NCBI RefSeq assembly: GCF_004010195.1
Contig: NC_057718.1
Location: forward strand, 52,242,238-52,268,700
Origin: Chiloscyllium plagiosum
Taxonomy: Eukaryota
Length of the DNA stretch: 26,463 nucleotides
Direction: 5' to 3'
Each line of letters starts with the position of its first letter. The first letter of the stretch is position 1. The position numbers were made by a program, and so were the translations under genes. This document shows positions 10,360 through 21,595 of this stretch, piece after piece. The notes under the pieces are model-generated. The model did no database searches and was not told where the DNA came from. It saw only the letters and a program-made list of their open reading frames with translations.

Positions 10360-12860
10360 CGAGGACAAGAAATGATTTCTTCTGCAAGAATGCGAACAAT
10401 GCAGCTAAATTAAAAAGCAGAAGCTCCAAGGTAATAATTTGGGAATGCAACCTGAGCCTCGGCAAACTAGCATATGGTAAATAAAGTCAAGGAATTAAAC
10501 ACAAAAGATTGATGTGGGAGGAATGGGTTTCAGTTCATGAGGCGTTGACACCAGTACTGGGGTGAACTGGTGAGATGGGGCTCACTTGAACACTGTTGGG
10601 ACCAGTGTCTTTGTGAATTGACTAAACTGCGTAATGCAGAGCGTTTTAAACTAACTAGAGATGTGAAGGTTTCCAGAGAAGGGATATATATACATATATA
10701 TAAATATGGCAGCTCTGTTAAGCAGCTATATAAATAATGATACCTGGAGGGTGACGGAAGGGACAGAGTTAGCAAATGCAAAACAATAGCACCAAATTGG
10801 TTTGAAGGGAGAAAAATTGTAAAGAAGGCAAATTTAGTGGCTGTTCACGAAAATGCACATACTTTTTGGAACAAAGCAATAAATTAACAACACAAATAGA
10901 AGTTAATTGGTTGACCCTTAAAGCAATCACAGAGACATAGTTACAAGGAGATCAAAGATGGGAAATAAGTGTTCAAGAGTATGTGACTTCTCAATAGAAT
11001 AGTCAGGAAAGGAAGGGTGATGAAGTAGTAGTATATGATGTAATAAGTATGATAACAAAAAAATGATCTTGGATTGGAAATGTGGATGGAGGTAGGAAAT
11101 AACAAGGTGAATTAGACATTAATGTGATTAGTGTATAGGTCCTCCCTGAACAGTAGCTATATTGTAGAACAGATAATAAATCAGGAGATAATGCAGGCAT
11201 GTGGAAAAGGCAGTTCATTAATCATGATTGACTTTAATCATCATTCAGATTGAGTAAAACAATTTGCAGAGGTAGCCACAAGGAAGAACACATAATGTAT
11301 TTGAACAGCTTTCTACAACAATATGTTGTGGATCCAACAACAGATCAGGCAAACTTAGATTTGGTAATGTGTAAAACGGCAGGTATAATAAATTATCTCA
11401 GGGTAAAAGATCAACTAGGAAGCAGTGACGAAACCATTGTGGAATTTAGCATTCAGTTTGAGAATGGGAAACTTGGATCAGAAAATATACTGTGATAATT
11501 TATGGAAAAGCCTAACAAAGGAATGAGTGCAGATTTGACATGGAGTGGATTGGGAAAAGAGTTTAGTAGAAAAGTCTGTCGATGAATAATGGCAGACATT
11601 TAAGAAAATGGTTCCTGACTTACAACGAAGATATATCCCATCGAGCAAGAAGATTCTAGGAAGGAAATAAACTAACCATAGTTAACCAAGGAAGTTAACA
11701 ATACAATCAAATCAAGAGTAAAAACACAAAAGTAGCAAAGATTTGCACCAAGCTAGATGACTGAGAAAGTTTTAAAAACAAATTTAAAAATGACCAAATA
11801 AATGGAGAAAATAAATTTTGAGGATAAACAAGCAAGTAATGTCAAATGAACAGTAACACTTCACTTAAATATGTAGAAAGGAAGAGAAAAGCCAAAGGCT
11901 GCTTGGAGGTTGAAAATGGAGTAATAATAATGGAGAAGAACAAAATGGCAGAGAAGTTGAATAAATACTTCACATGCGTCTTCACACGACAAAACACTAG
12001 TAGCATTCTAAAATTACTGAATAAGTAAGGATCAAAATGGAAGTAAAAAAATATGATTATCATTAGACAAAAATTATTATGAAACCTCATGGAGCTAAAG
12101 GTTGATTATTTCCCAGATCGCAATACATTAAAAGTTTTTGGTTAGCATATTAATACGAAGAGGCGATTGGCTAACTAATAGAACACAAAGAGTTGGGATA
12201 AACAGGGCATTTTTCAGATGGCAATTTGTAATTAATGGAGTACCACAGGGATCAATTTGGGTCCACAATTATTTACAATACATATTAATGACATGGATGA
12301 GGAAAGTGTATGTATTATGACCAACTTTGTAGATGACACAAAATTAGCTGGGAAGATAAGTGGTGAAGGTGGCACAAGGAGTCTACAGAGGGATGTAGAA
12401 AGGTTAAGTAAATGGGGAAAAATTTGACTCAAGGAAGTTAATGTGGAGAAGTTTGAGATCACGCCTTTGGCAGAAAGAATAGAGTACCAGAATTTTATTT
12501 AAATGGAGGGAGACTGCAGCAAATTGCAGCACAGAGGGATTTGAGGATCCTTGTGAATAAATCACAATAAGCTAGCATAAAAGTTCAGCAGATAAATAGT
12601 AAGGCAAATGGAATTTTCATCTTAATTTCAAATGGAATAGAATATAAGAATAGATGCCTCTTGCTAAATCTATACAAAGGACTATTCATGAACTTCATGG
12701 TCTTATGGACAGATTATTAATCAGCAAGGGAATCAAAGATTATGAGAAAAATGGTGGAAAGTGGAGTTGAGGATTAACAGATCAATTATTGATCTCATTG
12801 AACAGCACAGAATACTCAATGGGTTGAATGGTCTATTTCTACTTCTATGTCTTATGGCCA
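10360..12860 (+). mobile_element. Decayed, internally deleted CR1 LINE (ORF1 esterase C-half, APE endonuclease, RT C-part, 3' tail)
   Basis: AKLKSRSSKVII (~10403-10440) and a DG.HLN-like segment (~10573-10590) from ORF1. AITET*LQGDQ (~10922), IMIDFN, FLQQYVVDPT..ANLDLVMC and LGSSD from the endonuclease. WLTNRTQRVGIN..GVPQGS and FVDDTKLAG from the RT. Tail atgggttgaatggtctatttctacttctatgtcttatgg. Many stops and frameshifts. Confidence 0.9.
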
Positions 12861-14099
12861 TCTAGCACCAAAATGTAAGGTATCAAAAATGCTGAAAAAA
12901 AGACATATTTTATTGAAGCTTATCATGTGGGGAAAGCAAGATTAATACTTTATGAGAATAGAGGTCAATTGGCTGGGAAATGGACTCTGACAGTTAACTG
13001 CTCAACTGTTGTTTAAATCTTAAACTAGGTAGGTTGAATCTGATCAGTCCAAGCATCATTCTGAGAAATGAAACAGAGAAGGCTGGTCACTTGTTTCATG
13101 GAGGTGAATGGGTGCAATGCACGTATTTGTTCCTTCTGTCTGCAACAGACCCTGTGTGTTATCAAATATGGCACACTGCAGAAAAACTTACAATCACAAA
13201 TTCTCAACATATTCTTTCAAATACTTAAGACTCTTATTATTAAATACCATTCATTCACAGAATTGCATCTGATGTTGGACTTTGTGTTTCACGTTTGATA
13301 GCATGGCTGATTAGATGTGTATCTTGTCTGTTGTGAGGAGTCAAAGGGGTCCATAGGTGACATACTTAGCAATGACAATGCATTGAAATTCAAATGCCAC
13401 ATTGCTCATTTGTTTGACAGGCAGAACCATGTTTTGACTTGACAGCAACAGCTTGTTAGTGGCAAACGTCATGTTGCTGCAGCAGCAAGTTGCTCAAACC
13501 TTTGACAGGTAATCTGAGCAAGACTGGCCAGTTTTCAGGATTTAGCATGACATCATTAGCCCTTCATGAATTTGCACAATGTGCAATGAGAAATTATGTA
13601 ATCAGGGTAGCCATTATCCTGCTGGATGGTTTTGGTGCATCCTTTTTCAGTATTAAACCTACTTAGTGAACAAATAGCCTAGACACTATTTATAAGGATG
13701 CCAATAAGGTCATTGTGTAACAATTGCAACTATAAGAATACCAATGTACATACTGACCAGTGAATGTCGAATTAGAACAGACAGTAGTAAAGAGTCCTCT
13801 GACAAACCTCCACCAGTCTGAAATTCACCAAGGAAGTCATAGACAATTGCACTGCAGCACCATCTCATGATGATTTAAATCCATCACCAGTATGTTAATC
13901 ATGAGTGTTAGAAAAACAAAGATTTATGGATTATGACAATTGGAGTATGGACAGGTTCAGAAATTATGTTGCAAAGGATTTATCATGCAATTGTTTTGAA
14001 CTGGCAAGTTGAAAGTTTACAAGAGGCTATGGTCTATTTGTTGTTTACATAATAAAAAGTGACTTTGGAAAGCAGTGCCTATTATTGTTTCTAGAATTC

Positions 14100-14314
14100 A
14101 GCTACCTAGATGGTTGGTTTGCTATGCAGAGTGACAACAACAGGGAGTGCTCAATTCCCATACCAGCAGAGGTCAGCATGAAGGTCCTGTTTTCTCAACC
14201 TTGTGCCTTAGCTGAAGCATGGGAATCCTTAGGCTAAACCACCAGCACAGTCTCTCTCTCTCTCTCCCTTTCTCAAAACCAGCCCTGCGGTCCTCTGGGG
14301 CTATGGTGACTTTA
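14100..14314 (+). mobile_element. tRNA-derived SINE with internal (CT)n tract, decayed
   Basis: B-box-like gctcaattccc preceded by ggttggtttgctatgcagagtga; body ctcaacc...ggctaaaccacca...tctctctctctctc...ctatggtgacttt resembles a common shark SINE (recognised from memory). Confidence 0.6.
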
Positions 14315-14316
14315 GC

Positions 14317-15096
14317 TGTTACAGCTTGGTAAGGATGGAGTTTCATTGCTCTAATTGTTGAATAAACAAATGGATCTCTAGTGCTCTTGCCTGGCAACAG
14401 TCTCTTGAGTGAGATGCAGGGTGTTTTTCCAGTGATCACTAACAGGCTGAGGCAATAGCCAAAGAGATTTGGAATGTGGTACTGTTCCTCCTCCAGTCAC
14501 TAAAAGTCAGAGTTTGCCGCTGAATGCAGCACTATCTAGACCTCTCTCAATGAAGATGTTTGAAAAAGTTTCAAATATCAAGATTCCTCAAGGTTTCTAA
14601 GCTGAATACGAAATCTGTCTGACAATTTTCCATTGCTCTGTGATTGTCAGCAATTGGATCTCATCTATAGGACTTCTAAGGATCTGTGAGCAGTCAAATT
14701 ATTTTTGTCATCTGAATTTGCCCTTGGGCTGCAGGGTGTCCTTTTTTATCCTATTTTGACTGATGTTTCCCCACCTATAATAACAGCAAGGATGAGTGTG
14801 TCCTTTTCCAGTCTCAGTATGAATGGGTGTGAATGGAATTAAGGTAATATAGTTTAGTTCACATAACAGCTTAATTGATAACAAAATTACCACGCCTCTG
14901 AATAGATTTGCCTGTATTAAGTGTGCTATTTGTGAGTTTATTGAAAAGCTTGTTGAACGTCTTTCTTGTTTGAGTTAACAGTAATAAAAAGAAATTGAAC
15001 CCCTTTGGTGATTGGATAAGACATTTACACTTTTGTTATTGCTTATGGAAAAATGGGGCTGATTTCCACTTTATTTCTCCCACCAGAATCATAACA
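14317..15096. mobile_element. Possible old LTR-like repeat
   Basis: Begins TGTTA and ends TCATAACA, the reverse complement of the 5670 LTR start; AATAAA near 14983. No TSD found and the left boundary is a guess. Confidence 0.3.
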
Positions 15097-16426
15097 GTAT
15101 TCATTGAACATATGAACTCAGTAACTTATGTAACTGAGTTCAGTTTAGAGACCACCTTGTACGCCTAAATAAATGGTGGTAATTTTAGACTCCCGCTCGG
15201 TTCAGCTCTTCCAAACATCTTTTTTGGGTTCTGTAAGAAACATACTTTTCAAGGAATGACTTTGAACATTGCTTGCCTATTTCTGACATAGAGACACATC
15301 TAGTATATTTTAATCTGCAGCTCTATGTCAGAATTTTGTTCCATGTCTAATGGGCTCCATCCTGTACTCGAGTTCACCATTCACACAGACTACATACCCT
15401 TCCTTTGAAGCTTAAATTGAGATTACATTTACTTATGCATTGTGCGAATGCTACATTCACAAGTAACACTTTGCAAATCAACACAGTCAAACACAGTTAA
15501 ATAGCTGTCAACTTCTGTTCAATTGTAGATTGTAGATTTTGTGAGCAGCTTTGACTTTATAATATCTATCTAAACTCATGTCTAAAATTTAATCTGATAC
15601 CTTCTTTAAAGCCTATGATGTGCTATAATATCAAACAAGATATTTATTCATAGTCAGAAGGGGAGATTCAGCAGTAGGTTGGGTGCAAGTGTCACTTGGA
15701 CTTCACATATATCGAACAAGTGGCCTACAGTACGGAAAGAGGACCGAAATATCAGCAGCACAGAACAGACAGTTTCACAAGATCTGGAATCATTGGCAAG
15801 ATACTCTGGCTCCATCAGAGCAGACCTCTTGTACATTGCAGTACTGAATCACTGTCCGATCAAACATTTGTGATCACAAGTTTGTAAATGTCAAACAATG
15901 GAGCTTCATTGAAGCATAAAAAAGACTTCATTACACTGGTTTGTTGATGTAGCTCAAATATATTAATCCAAGAAGTGACCACAGTCCAAACTGAATAAAT
16001 TCTAAACCCTCCTACCAAGTTACAAAGGACTTAAAACTTATAATTCACTGTATAGTTTGCTCAACTCTGTCACTAAATCTAATTAGGTACAACGGCAATG
16101 TGTGAGCTGCAGAGATTATAGATCATTCTTTATCCTGACATATGGCAAAGAGAATATGCAGTATCTCAGACTATGGACTGCACAATTCACATATTCCTTT
16201 TTGCTATTGACTTCTGTTCAGAAATCATGAAAACCTACATCACATTAAAGATGTCTTATATTCAACATACATTCTAGTTTAGTCACATTGTTTCTTAATG
16301 CTCTATTTTCAGGGTCATACTTTCACTATCACAGTTCATTGATATGTTGCAATTTTTCAAGGAGCCAATCATTACAGAAAGGAAGGGAATCAACAAAACA
16401 GAGAAGAAACAACAAGAATTTTGAGG

Positions 16427-16828
16427 CTATTTTTTCTGGAGTGTCAGAGGCTGAGAGGTGACCATATAGAGATTGGTAAAATCATGAGGGGCATGGATAG
16501 AGTAAATAGATAAGGTCTTTTCCACGGGGTGGATGCGTCTAAAACTACAGGGCATTTGTTTAAGATGATAGGGGAAAAACTTAAAAGTGACCTGAGGGGC
16601 AACTTTTTCATGTGGAGGATGGTGCATGGATGGAATGAGGTACCAGAGGAAATAGTGGAGGTTGCTACAATATTTAAAAGGCATCAGGATGAGTATATGA
16701 ATAGGAAGGGTTTAGAGGGATATGGGCGACATGCTAGCAAATGGAACAAGATTCATTTAGGACTTCTGGTCGGCATGGACGAGTTGGACTGAAGGATCGG
16801 TTTCCATGCTTTATATTTCCATGACTTT
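16427..16828 (+). mobile_element. CR1 LINE 3' fragment
   Basis: LFFLECQRLRGDHIEIGKIMRGMDRVN, then GHLFKMIGEKLKSDLRGNFF...WNEVPEE...FKRHQDEYMNRKGLEGYG; CR1 tail. Confidence 0.95.
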
Positions 16829-17159
16829 AAATCACAATGACATTATTAAGAATTCTGGAAAACAACCTCTCTAAATGACCAACAATGTTCAATTGTTTGC
16901 ATATTCTAACCAGCCTTAAAATGATACTTCATTTTTCTCATCTTTGCTGTTTGATACCTTTGTATTTTAAATTGTATAGTTTCTGTCTCACTCGTGTCTT
17001 GTAAAGACTGAAGCATTCAATGTTCTTCAACCTTCCTTCATAATTGAATACTTTGAAACTACAGGCAGGATTTTTTTTTCTCACACTGCATTTGCTTGTT
17101 TAACAAAATAGTTTTGACTGGCGCCTTGCAGTCCTTGATTATTTTACAAGTTGGAATGT

Positions 17160-17380
17160 TTTCTCCCCATCTGCTCAATGCAGATCCCTCATAGTTTTCA
17201 AAACTTGCATCAAGTCTCTTCTTAGCATTCTTTCTCTCCAAGAAATACTGTCCCAATGTATCTATCTTCAGAACTGAAGTGTCTTGTCACTGGAACCATC
17301 TCAGAAACATCTTCTGCACTTTCACCAATGTATTCCCATCCTTCCTAAAGTGTTGAGCCCATAACACACAGAATAATACA
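17160..17380 (-). mobile_element. Old CR1 LINE ORF2 fragment
   Basis: Minus strand gives YYSVCYGLNTLGR.../LVKVQKMFLRWF-type remnants of the LEYCVQFW.P...LERVQRRFTRM segment; heavily decayed. Confidence 0.6.
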
Positions 17381-18420
17381 TTTTCTTTTATACTGTCTCT
17401 CCTTGTTCTTTGTTTGGAAATGTACAGATGCAAATAAGAATTCTGAGTTTCTACTGAATTGCATAGTGTGCTGGTAACAGACTACTGTTCAAATGATTGA
17501 GAAAGTTATGATGGAATCAGGGTCCAGAAGCAGTCAGGCAATGGCCCATACCCATGGACAGCAATCCTGAAGACATTGCTATGTTTTATAATAGGTGATT
17601 TTGGAGGTGGAGACTTCCAATGGACATTTCTAGCCTGGTGAAGAATTTGATTTTTTTTTTGCAGGAGAATCTCTGGATTTCAAGGATTCTGTGACATGTG
17701 GGCTGACTGATTCCCGAACTTCAGACATCTGTTGGCACAGTGTCACAGTTTTCTATTGCAGCTGCCCAAGTGATCTAACTGGAGGACTTGTCGAACCTCC
17801 TGGTGTAGCAAGACCTTGAAAAGGAACAAAATGCAACCATGTAGTGCAGGAAACAGATTCATGTGGCAGGGTTATAAGTGACATGAAGCCGCTGGCATAG
17901 TTGAAAACGGGAACAGAAGACTGGATCCTGGAGATGCTGATAAGAAAATGAATGTTGCTGCTGTTGCAAAGTTACTTTGAAATATTTGAGTGATCAGAAT
18001 TAACCATTAAGTGCACTGATAGATCGGATAAAGGAAATACTGGCAGATCCAACAAATTAAGACTACCATGAGAAGACCTAAGAAGATTCTGAAATGGTGA
18101 ACCATTTTACTGAAGAATGCATGCTTAGAACTTGGCTTACCATGATTGTTGCCAGATGAGAATTGGTGTTAAATCTGTCAAGAAAAGAAGTTAGAAATCT
18201 CCTCAAGTGAGATCAGAGTTTGAAGGACAATGGTCTGCACTTCATGAACTCATGGGAGATTCTTTAATGTACCACAAATAGCATTTGGACCAAAGATCCG
18301 CATGTTCCACCTTCTCCAAATCCAGCAGAAACAGTTTTCACTTGAGGGTTGGTGAATCAGAGGAAAAGAGTGGCTCCACCAAGTGGGAAATCTGAATGTC
18401 GCAGGCCAAGTGAATTCAGC

Positions 18421-18802
18421 TAGGAGAAAGTGAGGACTTGCTGGAGAGGGGGTGGGGGCGGAGAGGTTGGGAAGAAGATTGCAGGTCAAGAAGGCGGTGC
18501 TGAGTCCGAGGGTTGGGACTGAGATAAGGTGGGAGGAGGGGAAATGAGAAAGCTGGAGAAATCTGCATTCATCCCTTGTGCTTGGAGGGTTCCTAGGCAG
18601 AAAATGAGGCGCTCTTCCTCCAGGCGTCGTATTGCCATGGTCTGGCGATGGAGGAGGTCAAGGACCAGCATGTCCTTGGCAGAGTGGGAGGGGGAGTTAA
18701 AGTGTTCAGCCACAGGGTGGTTGGGTTGGTTGGTGCGGGTGTCCCAGAGGTGTTCTCTGAAACGTTCCACAAGTCTCCCCAATGTAGAGGCGGCCACATC
18801 GG
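18421..18802 (-). mobile_element. Penelope-like element fragment encoding the GIY-YIG endonuclease C-terminal part
   Basis: Minus ORF RLVERFREHLWDTRTNQPNHPVAEHFNSPSHS...RRLEEERLIFCLGTLQAQGMN contains the R..EH, HF, E and G.N motifs. PLE terminus taggagaaagtgaggac at 18421. 7-bp direct repeat attcagc at 18414-18420 and 18803-18809. Confidence 0.9.
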
Positions 18803-19854
18803 ATTCAGCGCCAATTTTGGACAACGTTTTCACTGGAGCAAGGATCTTGTCCCACAGTGTCTCAGGTGAACTTTCACTGTGGATCTAAGTGCTCTTAAAG
18901 AGTGGATAAGGTTTGTAGAACTGTGAAGCTTGCAAGTTAATAAAATGGCTGGTGCTTTACTAAATAAAAACAAAAAAGGCCTACCGCCATCTATGGGTTA
19001 AAAAAGTCTGTCTAGAACTGTTTGTTATGTAACCCTAAGTGGTACCATAACAATATAAACGCTTGACTGCTTTCAATAACCTATCTTTATCATAATCAGT
19101 CCCTGTAAGGTTGCAATTTGATTGATATCTATAAGTGGTTATTAAACAATTAGTTGTATTTTATGTTAGGTTATGAATAAAATATTTATTTTCAAAGTGA
19201 TAAAGCAATTCAGGGGTTTAAATATATTGAATGAGCTTAGATGAATAATAGCAATTTCGATATAGTAATGTTTCTAAGAGAAGCTTCCATTTTCTTTCGT
19301 TTTAACATCACTCCTGGACACTGTCAATGATAGATACTGGGTCAATCGGCATTGAGATGCAAAGGTGAAAATGGTCCTGAGGACATGGATTGTCATGAGC
19401 TCACAGCAGGTTGGCACAGGAACTAAAAGTGGCAGGAGGATTTGTTGGGGGCATGGATTAGATTGGATGTCGTGTAAAGTCATGGGAATGGGTGCAATGT
19501 AATCGGTGACAATTCCAAGACCTAACCTTTAAGAAAACAATTTGGAAAAGCCCCAGAATAAATGCAAGCCTTCACACTCAGCAGAATTTGACCTTCTCCC
19601 ACTTGTGATCTGGTCAGCAAGCCTGATGTCACTCATCAGTCATCCGCCTCCAACTGGATCAAAGATTCTGACATTCAGTGAACGTTTTTCCTAAGGTGGG
19701 TGAGCAAGCCAGGAAAATTCCCAGCTCCATGCATCCACCCTAGGAACAAAACAAATGTGATTAAAGATCATTGCCTACCTACTGAATGGATTGTCTAGTA
19801 AATTTGTATCTCTTTTGTATCAGTTATTTCAAATAAGTACTCTAGTATCATTAA

Positions 19855-20312
19855 ATTGGAGATGGTTCAGAAATGATGCATCAGGATGTTGCCGGGTCTG
19901 GAGAGTTTCAGTTATGAAGGCAGGCTGTATAGGTTGGGACTGGCGCATAGGAAGTTGAGGGATGACCTTGTAGAACATTATAAAATTATGCAGGGCATAT
20001 ATGAGGTGAATAGCAAAGGTCTTTTCCTGAGGGTAGGGGAGTTCAAAACTAGGAAACTTATTTTAAGGTGAGAGGAGAAAGATTTAAAAGGGACCAGAGG
20101 AGCAACTTTTTCACACAGAGGGTAATTCATATGTTGAATGAACTGCCAACGTTGCAGATACATTTGCAACATTTAATAAGTACATGAATAAAAAAGATTT
20201 AGAATGATGTGGACCAAACACAGGCAAGTGAGACTATTCAGTTTGAGAAATTTTGTCAGCATGGGTGAGTTGTACCAAAAGGTATGTTTCGATGTTGTAT
20301 GACCCTATGACC
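19855..20312 (+). mobile_element. CR1 LINE 3' fragment
   Basis: RMLPGLESFSYEGRLYRLGL...KLRDDLVEHYKIMQG; RGERFKRDQRSNFFTQRV; tail tgttgtatgaccctatgac. Confidence 0.93.
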
Positions 20313-21267
20313 ATATTTATGTCGATTTTGATTTCATTGCTAAAATAAAAGTTTATAAAAGATAAAATCTTCTGCATTGGCTTCTCTTTGGATCATTCAG
20401 TAAGCTTGGCTCTTTTGTTAATCTCCTAAGTACCATGACAATATAAAAAGGAAATGCATGATACGTATGTTTTGATGTTTGATTATCTTTAGCACTTAAG
20501 CAAATCCTTAAAGGTTAATTATAAAAATTAACAAAAGGGTTATTTCCACAGAATATGAAAACAATCACTAAATTAAACTTAGAACCATTTAAGTCAGTTT
20601 GCTTCTATGCACTGCCAGTACTCTATGACTCTAAAGCATCAAAACAATATCGTACCAAATGATACCATTTGAATTATGTATTTTAGGTTAACTTTCAAAT
20701 AAATCTGATTCATTTAATTATCAAGACTTTAATTTTATATTCATGTTCATGTTGTAACGCTTGCATATCTTGCAAAGAGTAATATAGCTAGGCAAAATGA
20801 CTTCAAAATCTCATTCCAATGTCAAAATAGCCACAACAGATAAGAAAATTAAATCATTACCAAACTAAATGCATACATTAACTAATATTTGACAGAATTA
20901 TAGTACATTACATCTGATAAAATATTAATAATCTCATATTGGACTCACATTCAGCTCCCACTTTCTAGTGAACCACAAAGATTCTTAACAAAGCTCTATA
21001 GACAGATGATTCTTTCCTGAGGCTTTTTATTTTGTAATATCTGAGCCTCTCTCACGTTATTCATGCTTCACTGTGTATTGTAGTGACAGTAAAGTTACTA
21101 CTGTCTTGACAAACTAGATAAATGGATATACATCAGAAAATTAATTTACTTTGTACTTCTCCAAAGTATAAAATCAAATATATGGAGCCTCTCCTAAAGA
21201 TGTTGAAATGGTTTTCAGTGAAGCAATAACTACCTATCTAGTTGTGTATCATACCATACATTTCAGA

Positions 21268-21595
21268 TTGGATCCAGTGAGAGCACTCTTGCCTTAATCA
21301 GATGACTGTGGGTTTAATTGCAAAGGCTTGAGCACAAAATCTACTGCAGTATCAAAGAAGTGCAGCATTGTTGTAAGTGCAAGTTGCAATTAACATGTTA
21401 AAACTAGGTTCTCATTTGCTTTCTCAAGTGGAGCTGAAAGGTTTCACTCCACTATGACAAAGGGCAGCAGGAATCATTTTAATGTTTTGGCTAGCAGTTA
21501 TCCCATCACCAACATCTCAAACAAAAATGTGCAAATAGTCATTATCAGGTTGCTCCGTGGGCTTTCCAGCTGTGTACAAATTGGTTGTCATCCAG
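21268..21595 (+). mobile_element. Ancient Deu-domain SINE (SacSINE1-like), decayed
   Basis: agcactcttgcct...tgtgggttt...cttgagcacaaaatcta...cagta...tgttaaa...ctcaagtgga...tatccc.tcaccaacatc...gtcattatca...tgtgtacaaattgg, collinear with the Deu-SINE layout as recalled from memory. Confidence 0.7.
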
